A DNA stretch of 32,000 bases, from contig NZ_CAKKNB010000003.1 in assembly GCF_918741295.1 (NCBI RefSeq), forward strand, positions 652,668 through 684,667, written 5' to 3'. The DNA comes from Aquabacterium sp. CECT 9606 (GTDB lineage Bacteria; Pseudomonadota; Gammaproteobacteria; Burkholderiales; Burkholderiaceae_C). Made by a program: the position numbers and the translations under genes. Below, in pieces: positions 16,436 through 25,600 of the stretch (positions are counted from its first letter, which is position 1; the number at the start of each line of letters is the position of its first letter). Under the pieces are notes generated by a model. That model had not been told where the DNA came from. It made no database searches and saw only the letters and a program-made list of their open reading frames with translations.

Positions 16436-17878
16436 ATGAAGAACGATATAGCGCCCGAGCAACTGATCAATGTCAACGCCGAACACGCCGAAATCGAACG
16501 TGTGTTCGAACGTCAATTGGCTTCGGCGTTGCGACTGCGCTCTTCCACTGCGCATGATCGCTTGGTCAAGATAGAGCAACTCAAGCGTGCTGTGTTGCGA
16601 CGGCGCGAAGAAATCCAGCACGCTGGCGCGCTGGATTTTGGCAAACCTGCGGCAGAAGTCGATCTGACCGAAATTTTGCCGGTGGTAGCCGAGGCGAATG
16701 ACGCACGCCGCCATCTCCGCAAGTGGATGCGCCCTCACCGGGTATTGCCCACTTTGCTGATGTTTGGCACCAGCAGCCATGTGCGGTATGAGCCCAAGGG
16801 GCGCTGTCTGATCATCTCGCCCTGGAATTATCCAGTCAACCTGACTTTGGGGCCGCTAGTGTCAGCCATCGCGGCGGGCAACACAGCGATCATCAAGCCT
16901 TCGGAAATGACGCCGCACCTCTCCGCAGTGATCGTGGAGATTGTGCGGGAAGTGTTCTCTGAGGATGAGGTCGCCATCTTCGAGGGCGATGCCTCGGTGT
17001 CGCAGGTTCTGCTCGATCTCCCCTTCGACCACATTTTCTTCACCGGTTCTCCAGCGATCGGAAAGGTGGTGATGGCGGCTGCAGCCAGACATCTCACCAG
17101 CGTCACATTGGAACTTGGTGGCAAAAGCCCAACCGTGATCGACGAAACAGCTAACCTTGACGCAGCCGCATCGAACCTGATGTGGTCCAAGTTCGTCAAT
17201 AACGGACAGACCTGCATTGCGCCAGACCACGTGTACGTGCATGACTCGGTGAAAGACAAGTTCGTGCAGAGTTGCAAGAAGGCTCTAGAAAAAGCCTTTG
17301 GCGACGCGACGGGCCCGAACTCGGCCCATCGGGCATGCATCGTCAATCAGCGCCATACCGAGCGCATCGTGCGGTTGCTTGATGACGCCAAGGCGCGTGG
17401 CGCGCGCACCCTTGTTGGTGGTGCCTATAACCTGGCTGAACGCTACATTGCGCCAACCCTGCTAGACAACCTGCCTTCCGACGCTGCGATCATGGAGGAG
17501 GAGATATTCGGGCCAGTACTTCCGATCTTTGGCTATCGCGATCTCGACGCAGTGATCGCCGCCATCAATGCTGGCCCGAAACCATTGGCGCTCTACCTTT
17601 GGAGCCATGACAACGCCAGCATCAACAAGGTGTTGCGCGAAACATCATCCGGTGGCGTGTGCATCAACCACAGCGTCGTGCAGGCCCTGCATGGGCGGCT
17701 ACCTTTCGGCGGGGTCAACAACTCCGGCATTGGCAATTCACACGGCGCGTATGGCTTCAAGGCTTTCAGCCACGAGCGAGCTGTCGTGAGAGCACGGCTG
17801 ATGCTAGCTTCCGTTTTCTATCCACCTTACAGCAAACTGTCACGCAGGTTGATCTCAATGGCGTTTCACATAGTGTAG
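16436..17878 (+). CDS. NAD(P)-dependent aldehyde dehydrogenase, class-3/AlkH-like
   Basis: 480 aa. WNYP, ELGGKSP, NNGQTCIAPD (catalytic Cys), EEIFGPVLP and a hydrophobic C-terminal tail. RBS GGAGA. Confidence 0.92.
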   Translation: MKNDIAPEQLINVNAEHAEIERVFERQLASALRLRSSTAHDRLVKIEQLKRAVLRRREEIQHAGALDFGKPAAEVDLTEILPVVAEANDARRHLRKWMRPHRVLPTLLMFGTSSHVRYEPKGRCLIISPWNYPVNLTLGPLVSAIAAGNTAIIKPSEMTPHLSAVIVEIVREVFSEDEVAIFEGDASVSQVLLDLPFDHIFFTGSPAIGKVVMAAAARHLTSVTLELGGKSPTVIDETANLDAAASNLMWSKFVNNGQTCIAPDHVYVHDSVKDKFVQSCKKALEKAFGDATGPNSAHRACIVNQRHTERIVRLLDDAKARGARTLVGGAYNLAERYIAPTLLDNLPSDAAIMEEEIFGPVLPIFGYRDLDAVIAAINAGPKPLALYLWSHDNASINKVLRETSSGGVCINHSVVQALHGRLPFGGVNNSGIGNSHGAYGFKAFSHERAVVRARLMLASVFYPPYSKLSRRLISMAFHIV

Positions 17879-18007
17879 AGAGCGGCTCAGCTCGCTTGAG
17901 TGGGTAAATTCGTGTCTACGCGAACGCAATAGCGGGGCGCCAAATGCCGGACTTGAAATCAGTACGGAAAGACTCTTTTCACATTCAATTTTTCAGGAGA
18001 AAAATCC

Positions 18008-19645
18008 ATGGAATTTGACTACGTTATCGTAGGGGCCGGTTCGGCTGGTTGCGTGTTAGCAAATCGACTTAGTGCAGACCCCGGTGTGCGGGTCTGCCTG
18101 CTCGAAGCGGGCCCATCAGACAACTCGGCGCTGATTCGCACACCGATGGGCGTTTTGGGACTGCTGACCACGCGCTGGTACAACTGGTACTTTAATACTG
18201 AACCCGATGCGCAACTCAATGGTCGCCGCCTGTACTGGCCGCGCGGCAAGACGCTGGGCGGCAGTAGCTCCATCAACGCAATGGTGTACATGCGCGGTAA
18301 CCCCGCAGACTATGACGCATGGGCTGCACAGGGCAACACGGGCTGGAGTTACCAGGATCTGCTGCCACTGTTCAAGGAGCACGAGAACAATGAGCGCGGC
18401 GGCTCGGCCTTCCACGGCACAGGCGGGCCGCTGAACGTGGCAGAAGTGCGCTCGCGCAACCCGCTGTCTACGATGTTTATTGAAGCCGCTCACCAGTGCG
18501 GGATTCCCAAAAACACCGATTTCAACGGAGCGATTCAAGAAGGCGTGGGTTTTCATCAGGTCACACAGAAGAACGGCGAACGCTGGAGCAGTGCGCGAGC
18601 ATTCCTTCACCCTGTCATGCAACGCCCCAATCTCAAGGTATTCACAGATGCCCGCGCGACACGCCTGCTATTCGATGACAAGTGCATCAAGGGTATTGAG
18701 TACGTACGGGATGGTCGCACCGAACGCCTTGAGATCACGAAGGAAGTGATCCTGTCTGGTGGAGCCATTAACTCGCCACATTTGCTGCTGCTCTCAGGCG
18801 TGGGCCCCGAGGCCGAACTGAGCAAGCACGGTATTCCGCAGGTTCACGAGTTGCCTGGCGTTGGGAAAAATCTGCAGGATCATCTGGACATCACCGTCAT
18901 GATCCGGGATCGCAAAAAGCTCGGTATTGGCGTGGCGCTCTCCTTCCTGCCACGTGCGGTGTCCGGTGTTTGGCAATACCTGCGGCGGCGCGAAGGCCTT
19001 CTAGCCAGCAATGTGGCGGAGGTTGGCGGCTTCGCCAAACTGGCACCAGACTCGACGCTGCCCGAAATCCAGTTCCACTTCCTGCCGACGTATCTACGCA
19101 ACCATGGCCGGGATCTCGCCCCAGGCTACGGGGCCACCCTGCACGTATGTCAACTGCGCCCTAAAAGCCGCGGGTTCATCGGGCTCAAAAGTGCCGACCC
19201 AGTGGCTGACCCACTGATCCAGTCAAACTACCTGACTCACCCTGAAGACTGGAGCGAAATGATCGCTGGGCTCAAGTTAGCCAGGAAGATCTTGGCCGCG
19301 CCCGCATTTCGAGACATCAACGATGGCGAAGTGGCACCCGGGTCCGAAGCACAAAGCGATGAGTCATTACGCGCCTACATTCGCGACAAGGCCGAAACCA
19401 TTTATCACCCAGTTGGCACCTGCAAGATGGGTAACGACGCACTTGCCGTTGTCGATGCGCAACTGCGTGTTCATGGTTTGATCGGTGTTCGCGTTGCGGA
19501 TGCATCGATCATGCCCAGCTTGATTGGAGGCAACACGAACGCGCCGACCATGGTCATCGGCGAGAAGTGCGCTCGGGCGATTCTCTCTTCAGTTTCCGTA
19601 TTAGGCCTCGCGCAGGACCTCAACGCAACTGCACGGGGTATTTAG
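18008..19645 (+). CDS. GMC-family flavoprotein alcohol/choline dehydrogenase (AlkJ-like)
   Basis: 545 aa. FDYVIVGAGSAGCVLANRLS (FAD Rossmann), GGSSSINAMVYMRG, HPVGTCKMG and ADASIMPSLIGGNTNAP. RBS AGGAGA. Confidence 0.92.
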   Translation: MEFDYVIVGAGSAGCVLANRLSADPGVRVCLLEAGPSDNSALIRTPMGVLGLLTTRWYNWYFNTEPDAQLNGRRLYWPRGKTLGGSSSINAMVYMRGNPADYDAWAAQGNTGWSYQDLLPLFKEHENNERGGSAFHGTGGPLNVAEVRSRNPLSTMFIEAAHQCGIPKNTDFNGAIQEGVGFHQVTQKNGERWSSARAFLHPVMQRPNLKVFTDARATRLLFDDKCIKGIEYVRDGRTERLEITKEVILSGGAINSPHLLLLSGVGPEAELSKHGIPQVHELPGVGKNLQDHLDITVMIRDRKKLGIGVALSFLPRAVSGVWQYLRRREGLLASNVAEVGGFAKLAPDSTLPEIQFHFLPTYLRNHGRDLAPGYGATLHVCQLRPKSRGFIGLKSADPVADPLIQSNYLTHPEDWSEMIAGLKLARKILAAPAFRDINDGEVAPGSEAQSDESLRAYIRDKAETIYHPVGTCKMGNDALAVVDAQLRVHGLIGVRVADASIMPSLIGGNTNAPTMVIGEKCARAILSSVSVLGLAQDLNATARGI

Positions 19646-20572
19646 CACTGATCGAGGGGGCCCTCCAAATGCTGGAACAAGCAATGACAGCTAGGCTCAT
19701 CCCGAAGAAACAATTGAGGCAGTTTTCGTGATAATTCATCCAACCACTCTGTCAAGCTCATCCATAAACTGCCGAAGAACATTCATAGCTGAGCAATGGC
19801 ATCAGTTTTGTTCAGTGATCCGCCCACAAACATGAAACAAGGAGTTTCCATGCGCCCTAAACTGCATTGCCTGCCACTTGTGTCAAGGCCCTCTACCTTA
19901 ACGAGACGTGGGAGCATGTGCTTTGCCCGTCTAGGCAGCTCGCTCGCCATTGTCATCAGTGTGGCTCGCATTGCCAATGCGACAGAGAACTTCGATGTTC
20001 GGTATGCTCCAGGCCTTGGCGGCGCAGACATGTCGGCCCCGGTCGATCCTGGTTGGTATTTTCAGGCGCCATCGTATGCGTACGATGGCAAAATATCGCT
20101 GTCCTTGACAGATGATGTCGATCTCACGGATTTCGGGGCCCCCGGGGCCATCGCCACCGTGCCCACGCAGAGCCAAGTTCGTGTCAAGGTGGGTGGTATC
20201 GCTCCGCGCCTGACCTTCATGAGCACAACCCAGTGGCTGGGGGCCACACTTGGTGCGACCGCGCAATTGCCGCTGGTCGAGAAGAAGGCGGGAGTTTCTG
20301 TTTTGGTCGGGTCAGCGACCTTCAATACACCATTGGGCCAAGCGGCCGAGGACCAAATCGCCAGCGGAATCGGTGCTTCGATTCGGCAGCAGGCTGCCGC
20401 ACTAACCAGCTCCAGGTTCGGTGTTGGTGATCTCGAAATCGCGCCGATCCTGCGTTGGGCCCGTGACCCTGAACAAATCTTGCTTGCAATGTTCTTATCA
20501 CTGCCTACTGGCGAATACAACAAGAATCGCACGGCCAATCCAGGTGCGGGCAATTTCTACACGGTACGTCCC

Positions 20573-20576
20573 TTAG
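20573..20576. repeat. Target-site duplication TTAG (left copy)
   Basis: TTAG lies immediately outside the IS left terminus GGATGGTCTGAATAACTGG. Confidence 0.8.
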
Positions 20577-21773
20577 GGATGGTCTGAATAACTGGTTTGC
20601 GAAGCACTTGGTGGCGTGATGACATCGGCGAATGCACCGACCGCATCGAGAACGAGCTCAATGGGGCTCCAAAGCGACTTCAAGCGGTGCTCTGGCCCTG
20701 CAAAAGTCACCGCAGCCTAGGTTTTGGGCGCACTCATGCCCCACCAGCCATCAGTTTGCCCCGCACCATCCATAGGTTGCTGAGCATGAACAGGGTCTTG
20801 AGTTGTGCGGTGTTTTTCTCCAGCCCACGGTAGCGAACCTTCACATGGCCGAACTGCTTCTTGATGACCCGAAACGGATGTTCGACCTTGGCGCGGATGC
20901 TCGCCTTGACGCGCTCAATCTTGTCGGTGATGGCTTGCGCCGGGTCATTCAAATCCAGCGCCTTGCGCTTGCCCGGCCGCATGGCCACATGCCAGCTCAC
21001 ATCCCCCTTGGCCTCTGGGCGTTTGTGTGCGCCCTGGTAGCCCGCGTCAGCAAAGGCATCGACTTCTTTGCCGTGCAGCAGCTTGTGCGCCTGGGTCACG
21101 TCATTGACGTTGGCAGCCGTGCCCTCAACGCTGTGCACCAGACCAGAATCGGCATCCACGCCAATGTGCGCCTTCATGCCGAAGTACCACTGGTTGCCCT
21201 TCTTGGTTTGATGCATCTGCGGATCACGCTTGCCTTCGGCATTCTTGGTCGAGCTTGGCGCCGAGATCAACGTGGCGTCCACCGCCGTGCCCGACTTCAG
21301 CAGCAGCCCCTTGTAGGCCAGCAGGTCGTTGACGATGCGCAGCATGTCGGTGGCCAGGTCATGCTTCTCCAGCAAATGCCGAAACCGCAGGATCGTGCTC
21401 TCATCTGGCAAACGATCGAGCACGCCATCGAGCTTGGCAAATTCGCGGTACACCGGCATGTCATGCAGCGCTTCTTCCATCGCCGGATCACTCAGGCCAA
21501 ACCACTGCTGCAGGTAATGAATGCGCAGCATCGTCTCAATGGCAAAAGGTGGGCGGCCGGTCTTGGACTTGGGCCAGTGGGGCTCAACCACGCCGACCAA
21601 CACATCCCACGGCACGACCTTGTTCATCTGTTCCAGGAACTCACGCTTGCGCGTCTTCTTGGTCGACAGGTTCAATCCCAGGCTGACTTGCTTCATGTTC
21701 GTGCGCCACGCATCAACTTGACGAAATCATCATGCAAGACCCGCGCCCTGCGACGGAGTTTTGCAGACCTTCC
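20577..21773 (-). mobile_element. Complete IS5-group insertion sequence (1197 bp)
   Basis: Terminal inverted repeats are GGATGGTCTGAATAACTGG (20577-) and the reverse complement of the right end, GGAAGGTCTGCAAAACTCC (-21773). There is a single transposase ORF, flanking 4-bp TTAG repeats, and the interrupted host ORF is restored exactly. Confidence 0.9.
20734..21696 (-). CDS. IS5-group DDE transposase (InsH-like)
   Basis: 320 aa, collinear with E. coli IS5 InsH as I recall it: TMLRIHYLQQWFGLSD, KRDPQMHQTKKGNQWYFGMKAHIGVD, ADAGYQG, IRAKVEHPFRVIKKQFG, GLEKNTAQL. Confidence 0.93.
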   Translation of the reverse strand: MKQVSLGLNLSTKKTRKREFLEQMNKVVPWDVLVGVVEPHWPKSKTGRPPFAIETMLRIHYLQQWFGLSDPAMEEALHDMPVYREFAKLDGVLDRLPDESTILRFRHLLEKHDLATDMLRIVNDLLAYKGLLLKSGTAVDATLISAPSSTKNAEGKRDPQMHQTKKGNQWYFGMKAHIGVDADSGLVHSVEGTAANVNDVTQAHKLLHGKEVDAFADAGYQGAHKRPEAKGDVSWHVAMRPGKRKALDLNDPAQAITDKIERVKASIRAKVEHPFRVIKKQFGHVKVRYRGLEKNTAQLKTLFMLSNLWMVRGKLMAGGA

Positions 21774-21777
21774 TTAG
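21774..21777. repeat. Target-site duplication TTAG (right copy)
   Basis: TTAG lies immediately outside the IS right terminus ...GCAGACCTTCC. Confidence 0.8.
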
Positions 21778-22254
21778 TACAGTACAGTTATATAGGAGAC
21801 GGGTGGGACGTAGCCGGGCGTGCAGCGTACTCAATGAATTCGCGCAACAAGGACACCAAATACCGTTCCGGCAACTACCTCAACGTCGATGTATCTTTGA
21901 TGAAATCGCTGTCAGACTCGCTGCGCGTGGGTGCTGCTGGATACGCGCTAGTTCAGACGACGGAAGACACAGCCGAGGGTACGCCGACCCTCGCACAACG
22001 GCTGACAGTCGGCAAGAAAGGCCAGGTTTTCGGCATCGGTCCATCCCTTGCTTGGATCAAGGGGGCCGGCGATTGGCTCGTTGATGCTCGCTTACTCAAG
22101 GAGTTTTCGGCGCAGGACCGGCCGGAAGGCGCGAGTTTTTGGCTCAACTGGACGCTGCCGATTCGCTAAGGTATGGCGGTTTCAAGCTTGAAACCATCGG
22201 CGCGAAAATTAGTGCCGCAGGCGTGCGGCTGTTATGGTTTTGATGGAGATTGAA

Positions 22255-22881
22255 ATGCATCGAATATTGCTCGGAATATGGTGTTTTGCCTTCATGTCAT
22301 CGATTGCCCAGGCTGTGGCTATCGAAGTGGAAGGTGTTCCCTTGAGCGCCACAGCAATGGTCGCAGGTCAGCAACTCGTCCTCAATGGCGCTGGTTTTCA
22401 CAAGCGGGGCTATTTCAAGGCTAATGCCACCGCCTTGTACCTTCCCGAAAAACGCACATCGCTGGATGCCATCAACAAACTGAGCGGCCCGAAACGCATC
22501 GCCATCCATGTACTCAGGGAGATTCCAGGCTCGACGATCTCACGCTATTTTTTGAATGACTTCAAGTTAGTGGCAACCGACGCCGAGTTTCGTAATTTGA
22601 TCAACGAGGTTGCGTCAGTGGGTGCCATATACAGTGCCTTGCCGCGGGTACGCAAGGGTGACGTGGTCTTGATAGACTGGGTGCCTGGCAAGGGGCTGAT
22701 CGTTACTTACAACGGCAATCCCATGGAGCAAGGCTTGTTCACACCCTACCTAACCACCCCGAATAGCGAGTTGTTGTACCAGATATTTCTGCGCATCTAT
22801 GCTGGCGCAGCTATCCCCGAGGAGTTGCAGCGTAATCTGCTTGGTCAGTCGGTAAGCATGACCAACCAAACCGAGCACTGA
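22255..22881 (+). CDS. Secreted chalcone-isomerase-like family protein
   Basis: Start at MHRILLG behind GGAG. Signal peptide ...SIAQAVA. VEGVPL...LVLNGAGFHKRGYFKANATALYLPEK...GPKRIAIHVLR...KGDVVLIDWVPGKG...LLGQ fits the bacterial Chalcone_3-type pattern. Confidence 0.7.
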   Translation: MHRILLGIWCFAFMSSIAQAVAIEVEGVPLSATAMVAGQQLVLNGAGFHKRGYFKANATALYLPEKRTSLDAINKLSGPKRIAIHVLREIPGSTISRYFLNDFKLVATDAEFRNLINEVASVGAIYSALPRVRKGDVVLIDWVPGKGLIVTYNGNPMEQGLFTPYLTTPNSELLYQIFLRIYAGAAIPEELQRNLLGQSVSMTNQTEH

Positions 22882-23154
22882 TGAGTATTCGGCGCCAACA
22901 ATATGAAATTCGACTTGAAAATGCGATGCGCGCCGGTCTGAATGGTGCTCTACGGAATGACCACCAACAAACTTCAGCCACCACGCAAAAGCGCCCAACT
23001 TCATCGTCAATTCGCCATGGCGTCTGCGAAAGTGCAGCCACGCCCCCCTTGAGCACCGCTGCCCACCCTGGCCATACTGCGATGGCTACCTGTGGACATC
23101 GCGTCCACGAAGCCTTCAATGGAGATTTCGGTCTCCCTGAAGTCCAGCATCGCT

Positions 23155-23177
23155 GGCGTCGCAGTCGTGACCTGCCT
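23155..23177 (+). repeat. Repeat box 1, copy A (GGCGTCGCAGTCGTGACCTGCCT)
   Basis: 22 of 23 nt are identical to 25870-25892. Both copies lie upstream of a + strand ORF start. Confidence 0.8.
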
Positions 23178-23322
23178 TGTAGACGCGGAACTCCGGTTCA
23201 GCCTGGCCATTTCGGTGGCCATGTGTTTTGTTCTGCCCTCGGGCTGAACCTTCTGCTGTCGGCACACCTTGCGGTGTTGCCACCGAGCCGCTTCATCCAT
23301 CAAGACTGAAGCATCCCAAGCT

Positions 23323-23385
23323 GGGGAACCATGTTCCCCACTGGGAAGGTGCGTTCCCCTTCACTTCCAGAAGGAGAACGCCATG
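23323..23385 (+). promoter_or_regulatory. Repeat box 2, copy A: conserved structured leader ending in the RBS/start of a small ORF
   Basis: GGGGAACCATGTTCCCCACTGGGAAGGTGCGTTCCCCTTCACTTCCAGAAGGAGAACGCCATG aligns with 25930-25995. It contains the 7-bp palindrome GGGGAAC-CAT-GTTCCCC. Confidence 0.6.
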
Positions 23386-23559
23386 TTCGCATCTCAAGCG
23401 ACGATGGATGCGCGCGCCATCAGCGTGCTGATGGGAGGCTCCGGGCGTGCCCGCGAGCCTGTGATCCGCCAAGCAGTGCTACCCGCACTGTTGATGCCTC
23501 GACCTCCGATTTTACCACCGGCTGAACGGGCATTTGAGTACATCGCAGCGGCAGCGTGA
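23383..23559 (+). CDS. Small hypothetical protein (58 aa)
   Basis: A strong RBS AAGGAGA lies 6 nt before the ATG. The product MFASQATMDARAISVLMGG... has no recognisable family. Confidence 0.45.
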   Translation: MFASQATMDARAISVLMGGSGRAREPVIRQAVLPALLMPRPPILPPAERAFEYIAAAA

Positions 23560-23664
23560 CCTCCATGGCTCACGCCACCCTGCTGCATCAGCATTTCAAC
23601 CCCTGGGGAGTCCACCATCTTCCCACCGGGACAGGTGTGCCCTCCGTTTTCTGGAGATCACACC

Positions 23665-24192
23665 ATGTCCTATGAGAAATCGCGTGTTCGCCCCAAGCGG
23701 ACCTGCATCGAGATCGAAGAAGCACGCGCCTGGGTTGGCTTTTACCGACGTGTCAGCAGCGACCCCGCTGTTGCCACCGAAGTGATGGCCCAACTTGAGG
23801 CCGTGCCCGAGATGAAGCGCGCCCACCTGGCCCTGTACCTGTGTTGCAAGGAATCCTTGCGCACGCACAAGGCCACGCAAGCTCGCAACAAGCGGATCGG
23901 CCAGTTCGTGCGCTGGCTGGCCCATGGTTTGGTGATCGTGCCTGCGCAAAGCATGCTCAGGGCGCTCCACCAGGGCAGAGAGATGGCTGTCGAATGCCTG
24001 CCCATGATCGACACCAAAGCAGGCAAAGAGCCTGGCGTGCCTCAGGTTCGCCGCCTGAGGCAAGAGGCTGAGTTCGCCCAGGCCCAGGCATCGTTTGATG
24101 CGCAAGCCGGGGCCCCATCCAGCGAGCCCGCATCCACACCCGCTGTGAACAAGGCTTCGCCCCAGCCCAAGGCTGCGCCCACCGCAGCTTGA
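23665..24192 (+). CDS. Hypothetical protein (175 aa) with Ala/Pro/Gln-rich tail
   Basis: Start at MSYEKSRVRPKRT behind GGAGA. The third-position G/C bias favours this strand over the overlapping minus-strand ORF. Confidence 0.6.
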   Translation: MSYEKSRVRPKRTCIEIEEARAWVGFYRRVSSDPAVATEVMAQLEAVPEMKRAHLALYLCCKESLRTHKATQARNKRIGQFVRWLAHGLVIVPAQSMLRALHQGREMAVECLPMIDTKAGKEPGVPQVRRLRQEAEFAQAQASFDAQAGAPSSEPASTPAVNKASPQPKAAPTAA

Positions 24193-24376
24193 GCTTGCAG
24201 CACGTCATGGACTTGCTGTCCTGACGGTGGCTCACCGACACCACCCCTGGTGAGCCCAGATCGTCGAACGCGCATGCCCACCCCAGCGGTGGTGCATGCC
24301 GCGTTCGCCCCCTCCCAACGTCGCCCGCCTCGATTTGCCATTGGCAGATCGGCGCCCCCTTATGAAAGGACTCCCC

Positions 24377-24607
24377 ATGGCCACCGTTGCCGAAACCCTG
24401 CATGCCATTGAGGTGCGTGCCGATCGCGCCATCGTCCAGGAACTGCGCTTGCTGATCAAGGAAGTGCAGGCGCTCCAGCCCTCACTGCTGGGGGACGACC
24501 GCGCGCATGCCCATGCGCTGTTGCTTAAGCTCGATCACCTGCGCCAAAGCCAGGTGGTGGACAGCATCGGCGATCAAGCATTTTTCTTGTTGTCAGCCCA
24601 AGGCTGA
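24377..24607 (+). CDS. Small helical hypothetical protein (76 aa)
   Basis: Start at MATVAETL behind AAGGA. Codon bias is consistent with the neighbouring genes. Confidence 0.5.
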   Translation: MATVAETLHAIEVRADRAIVQELRLLIKEVQALQPSLLGDDRAHAHALLLKLDHLRQSQVVDSIGDQAFFLLSAQG

Positions 24608-24682
24608 TACCCATTCATCACGCCTGCGGGGCCCACGGCCCTGGCGGCGGTGCGTCCCCAGGTTTCCACCGAAGGAACCCTC

Positions 24683-25354
24683 ATGGACAAGGTCACACTC
24701 AACCCTGAGCAAAAGCTCTACGTCATCGCGGCTGAATCAGGCTACAGCTGCTTTGGCTTTGACAACGCCCGCGATCATGCCAACCAGATCGCGCGACAAC
24801 TTGGCAGAAGCGATCTGGCCTTCACGGCAGACGACTACGCCGCGCTGGCGGGCTATCAGAAATACCTGGATGCAACAGCCGAATGGGGATGCTCGCCACT
24901 GAGCCAAGGCACCTACTTTGCGCCCAGGACGGACCCCAAAGCGGCCAAGGTGCTGGAGGCCTATCGCCGAAGTGGCCAGACGATCCGCTTGATATTGGGT
25001 GACCTCACCACAGGCGAATCCTGGCTTGATGAGCACGGTGTGGTCGGCCGCATCGGTCGTTCTGGCGGCTGGCTCAAAGTCCCATTGCTGGTCGAGCCTG
25101 GTGAGTCGGGTGGTGGTGCCATCCTGACCAATTGCATCCTGTGCCTGGTTGACTGGCACACAGGCAAAACACCGTATCGACATCCAGCTTACCGCGAAGC
25201 CAACCTGAGCCTATCGCCCAACGAAGAACACACCCTGCCATGGGCGGTGAAGCGTGGGGATGAGGCCATCGCCTGCTTCAAGGACATCGGCAAGGCTGCG
25301 GCCTACCTGGCCTTCATGCGTGGCGCCACCATCGAGCCGAGCGTCTTTGCCTGA
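24683..25354 (+). CDS. Hypothetical protein (223 aa)
   Basis: Start at MDKVTLNPEQ behind AAGGAA. The composition looks globular and I recognise no motif. Confidence 0.65.
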   Translation: MDKVTLNPEQKLYVIAAESGYSCFGFDNARDHANQIARQLGRSDLAFTADDYAALAGYQKYLDATAEWGCSPLSQGTYFAPRTDPKAAKVLEAYRRSGQTIRLILGDLTTGESWLDEHGVVGRIGRSGGWLKVPLLVEPGESGGGAILTNCILCLVDWHTGKTPYRHPAYREANLSLSPNEEHTLPWAVKRGDEAIACFKDIGKAAAYLAFMRGATIEPSVFA

Positions 25355-25384
25355 AGACCTGCGCGCCTGTTGGTCGTTGAGGCT

Positions 25385-25600
25385 CTAAGCCGCCTCACGG
25401 CACCGCTGGTACTCGCGGTCAATCAGCCAGTGCAAGAACTGCGTCTCCTTGGAGACGCCCCAGTAATGGGCCTTGCACAGCGCAATGTAGGCCGCCAGGT
25501 CGCTGAGTGATCGAATGCCGACGGGCTCCAGGTCGGTGATCTTCTTGAAGCGTTCGATCTCTCGCCGTGTCAGTCGAATGTGTTGGCCAAAACGAATCAT
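25385..25600 (-). CDS. Small hypothetical protein (71 aa), the only minus-strand gene in the array
   Basis: MIRFGQHIRLTRREIERFKKI... has good third-position G/C bias and is convergent with the 223-aa gene. The RBS is weak. Confidence 0.4.
   Translation of the reverse strand: MIRFGQHIRLTRREIERFKKITDLEPVGIRSLSDLAAYIALCKAHYWGVSKETQFLHWLIDREYQRCREAA

Larger units (their letters stand above)
19850..22169 (+). pseudogene. Outer-membrane channel of the MetA-pathway/phenol-degradation-like family, interrupted by an IS
   Basis: The N-part (19850-20576) and C-part (21774-22169) fuse in frame once the IS and one TTAG copy are removed: ...GAGNFYTVRPL|VQYSYIGDGWDVAGRAAYSMNSRN... It has RBS AAGGAG and a signal-like N-terminus. 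The family call is by recollection of the motif pattern. Confidence 0.75.

Noticed and set aside
16355-17346. Minus-strand ORFs of 141, 172 and 126 aa overlapping the aldehyde dehydrogenase
   Set aside because: The plus-strand ALDH carries all family motifs. The antisense ORFs are typical GC-rich shadows.
1-21773. A composite transposon formed by the two IS elements
   Set aside because: The two transposases belong to different IS5 subgroups and the termini differ, so they cannot act as a matched pair.
20803-21777. 324-aa plus-strand ORF spanning the whole IS
   Set aside because: It is a mirror ORF of the IS5 transposase gene. Its composition is Arg/Leu/Ala/His-rich with no homology pattern, while the minus-strand product aligns end to end with InsH-type transposases.
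22881-23309. ORFs of 142 aa (+), 98 aa (-) and 102 aa (-) in the boundary region
   Set aside because: They have no RBS, use rare AGG codons frequently, have biased composition and overlap one another. The region is better explained as structured non-coding DNA.
23596-24105. 169-aa minus-strand ORF opposite the 175-aa hypothetical gene
   Set aside because: The plus-strand frame has the RBS, better third-position G/C bias and a more protein-like composition.
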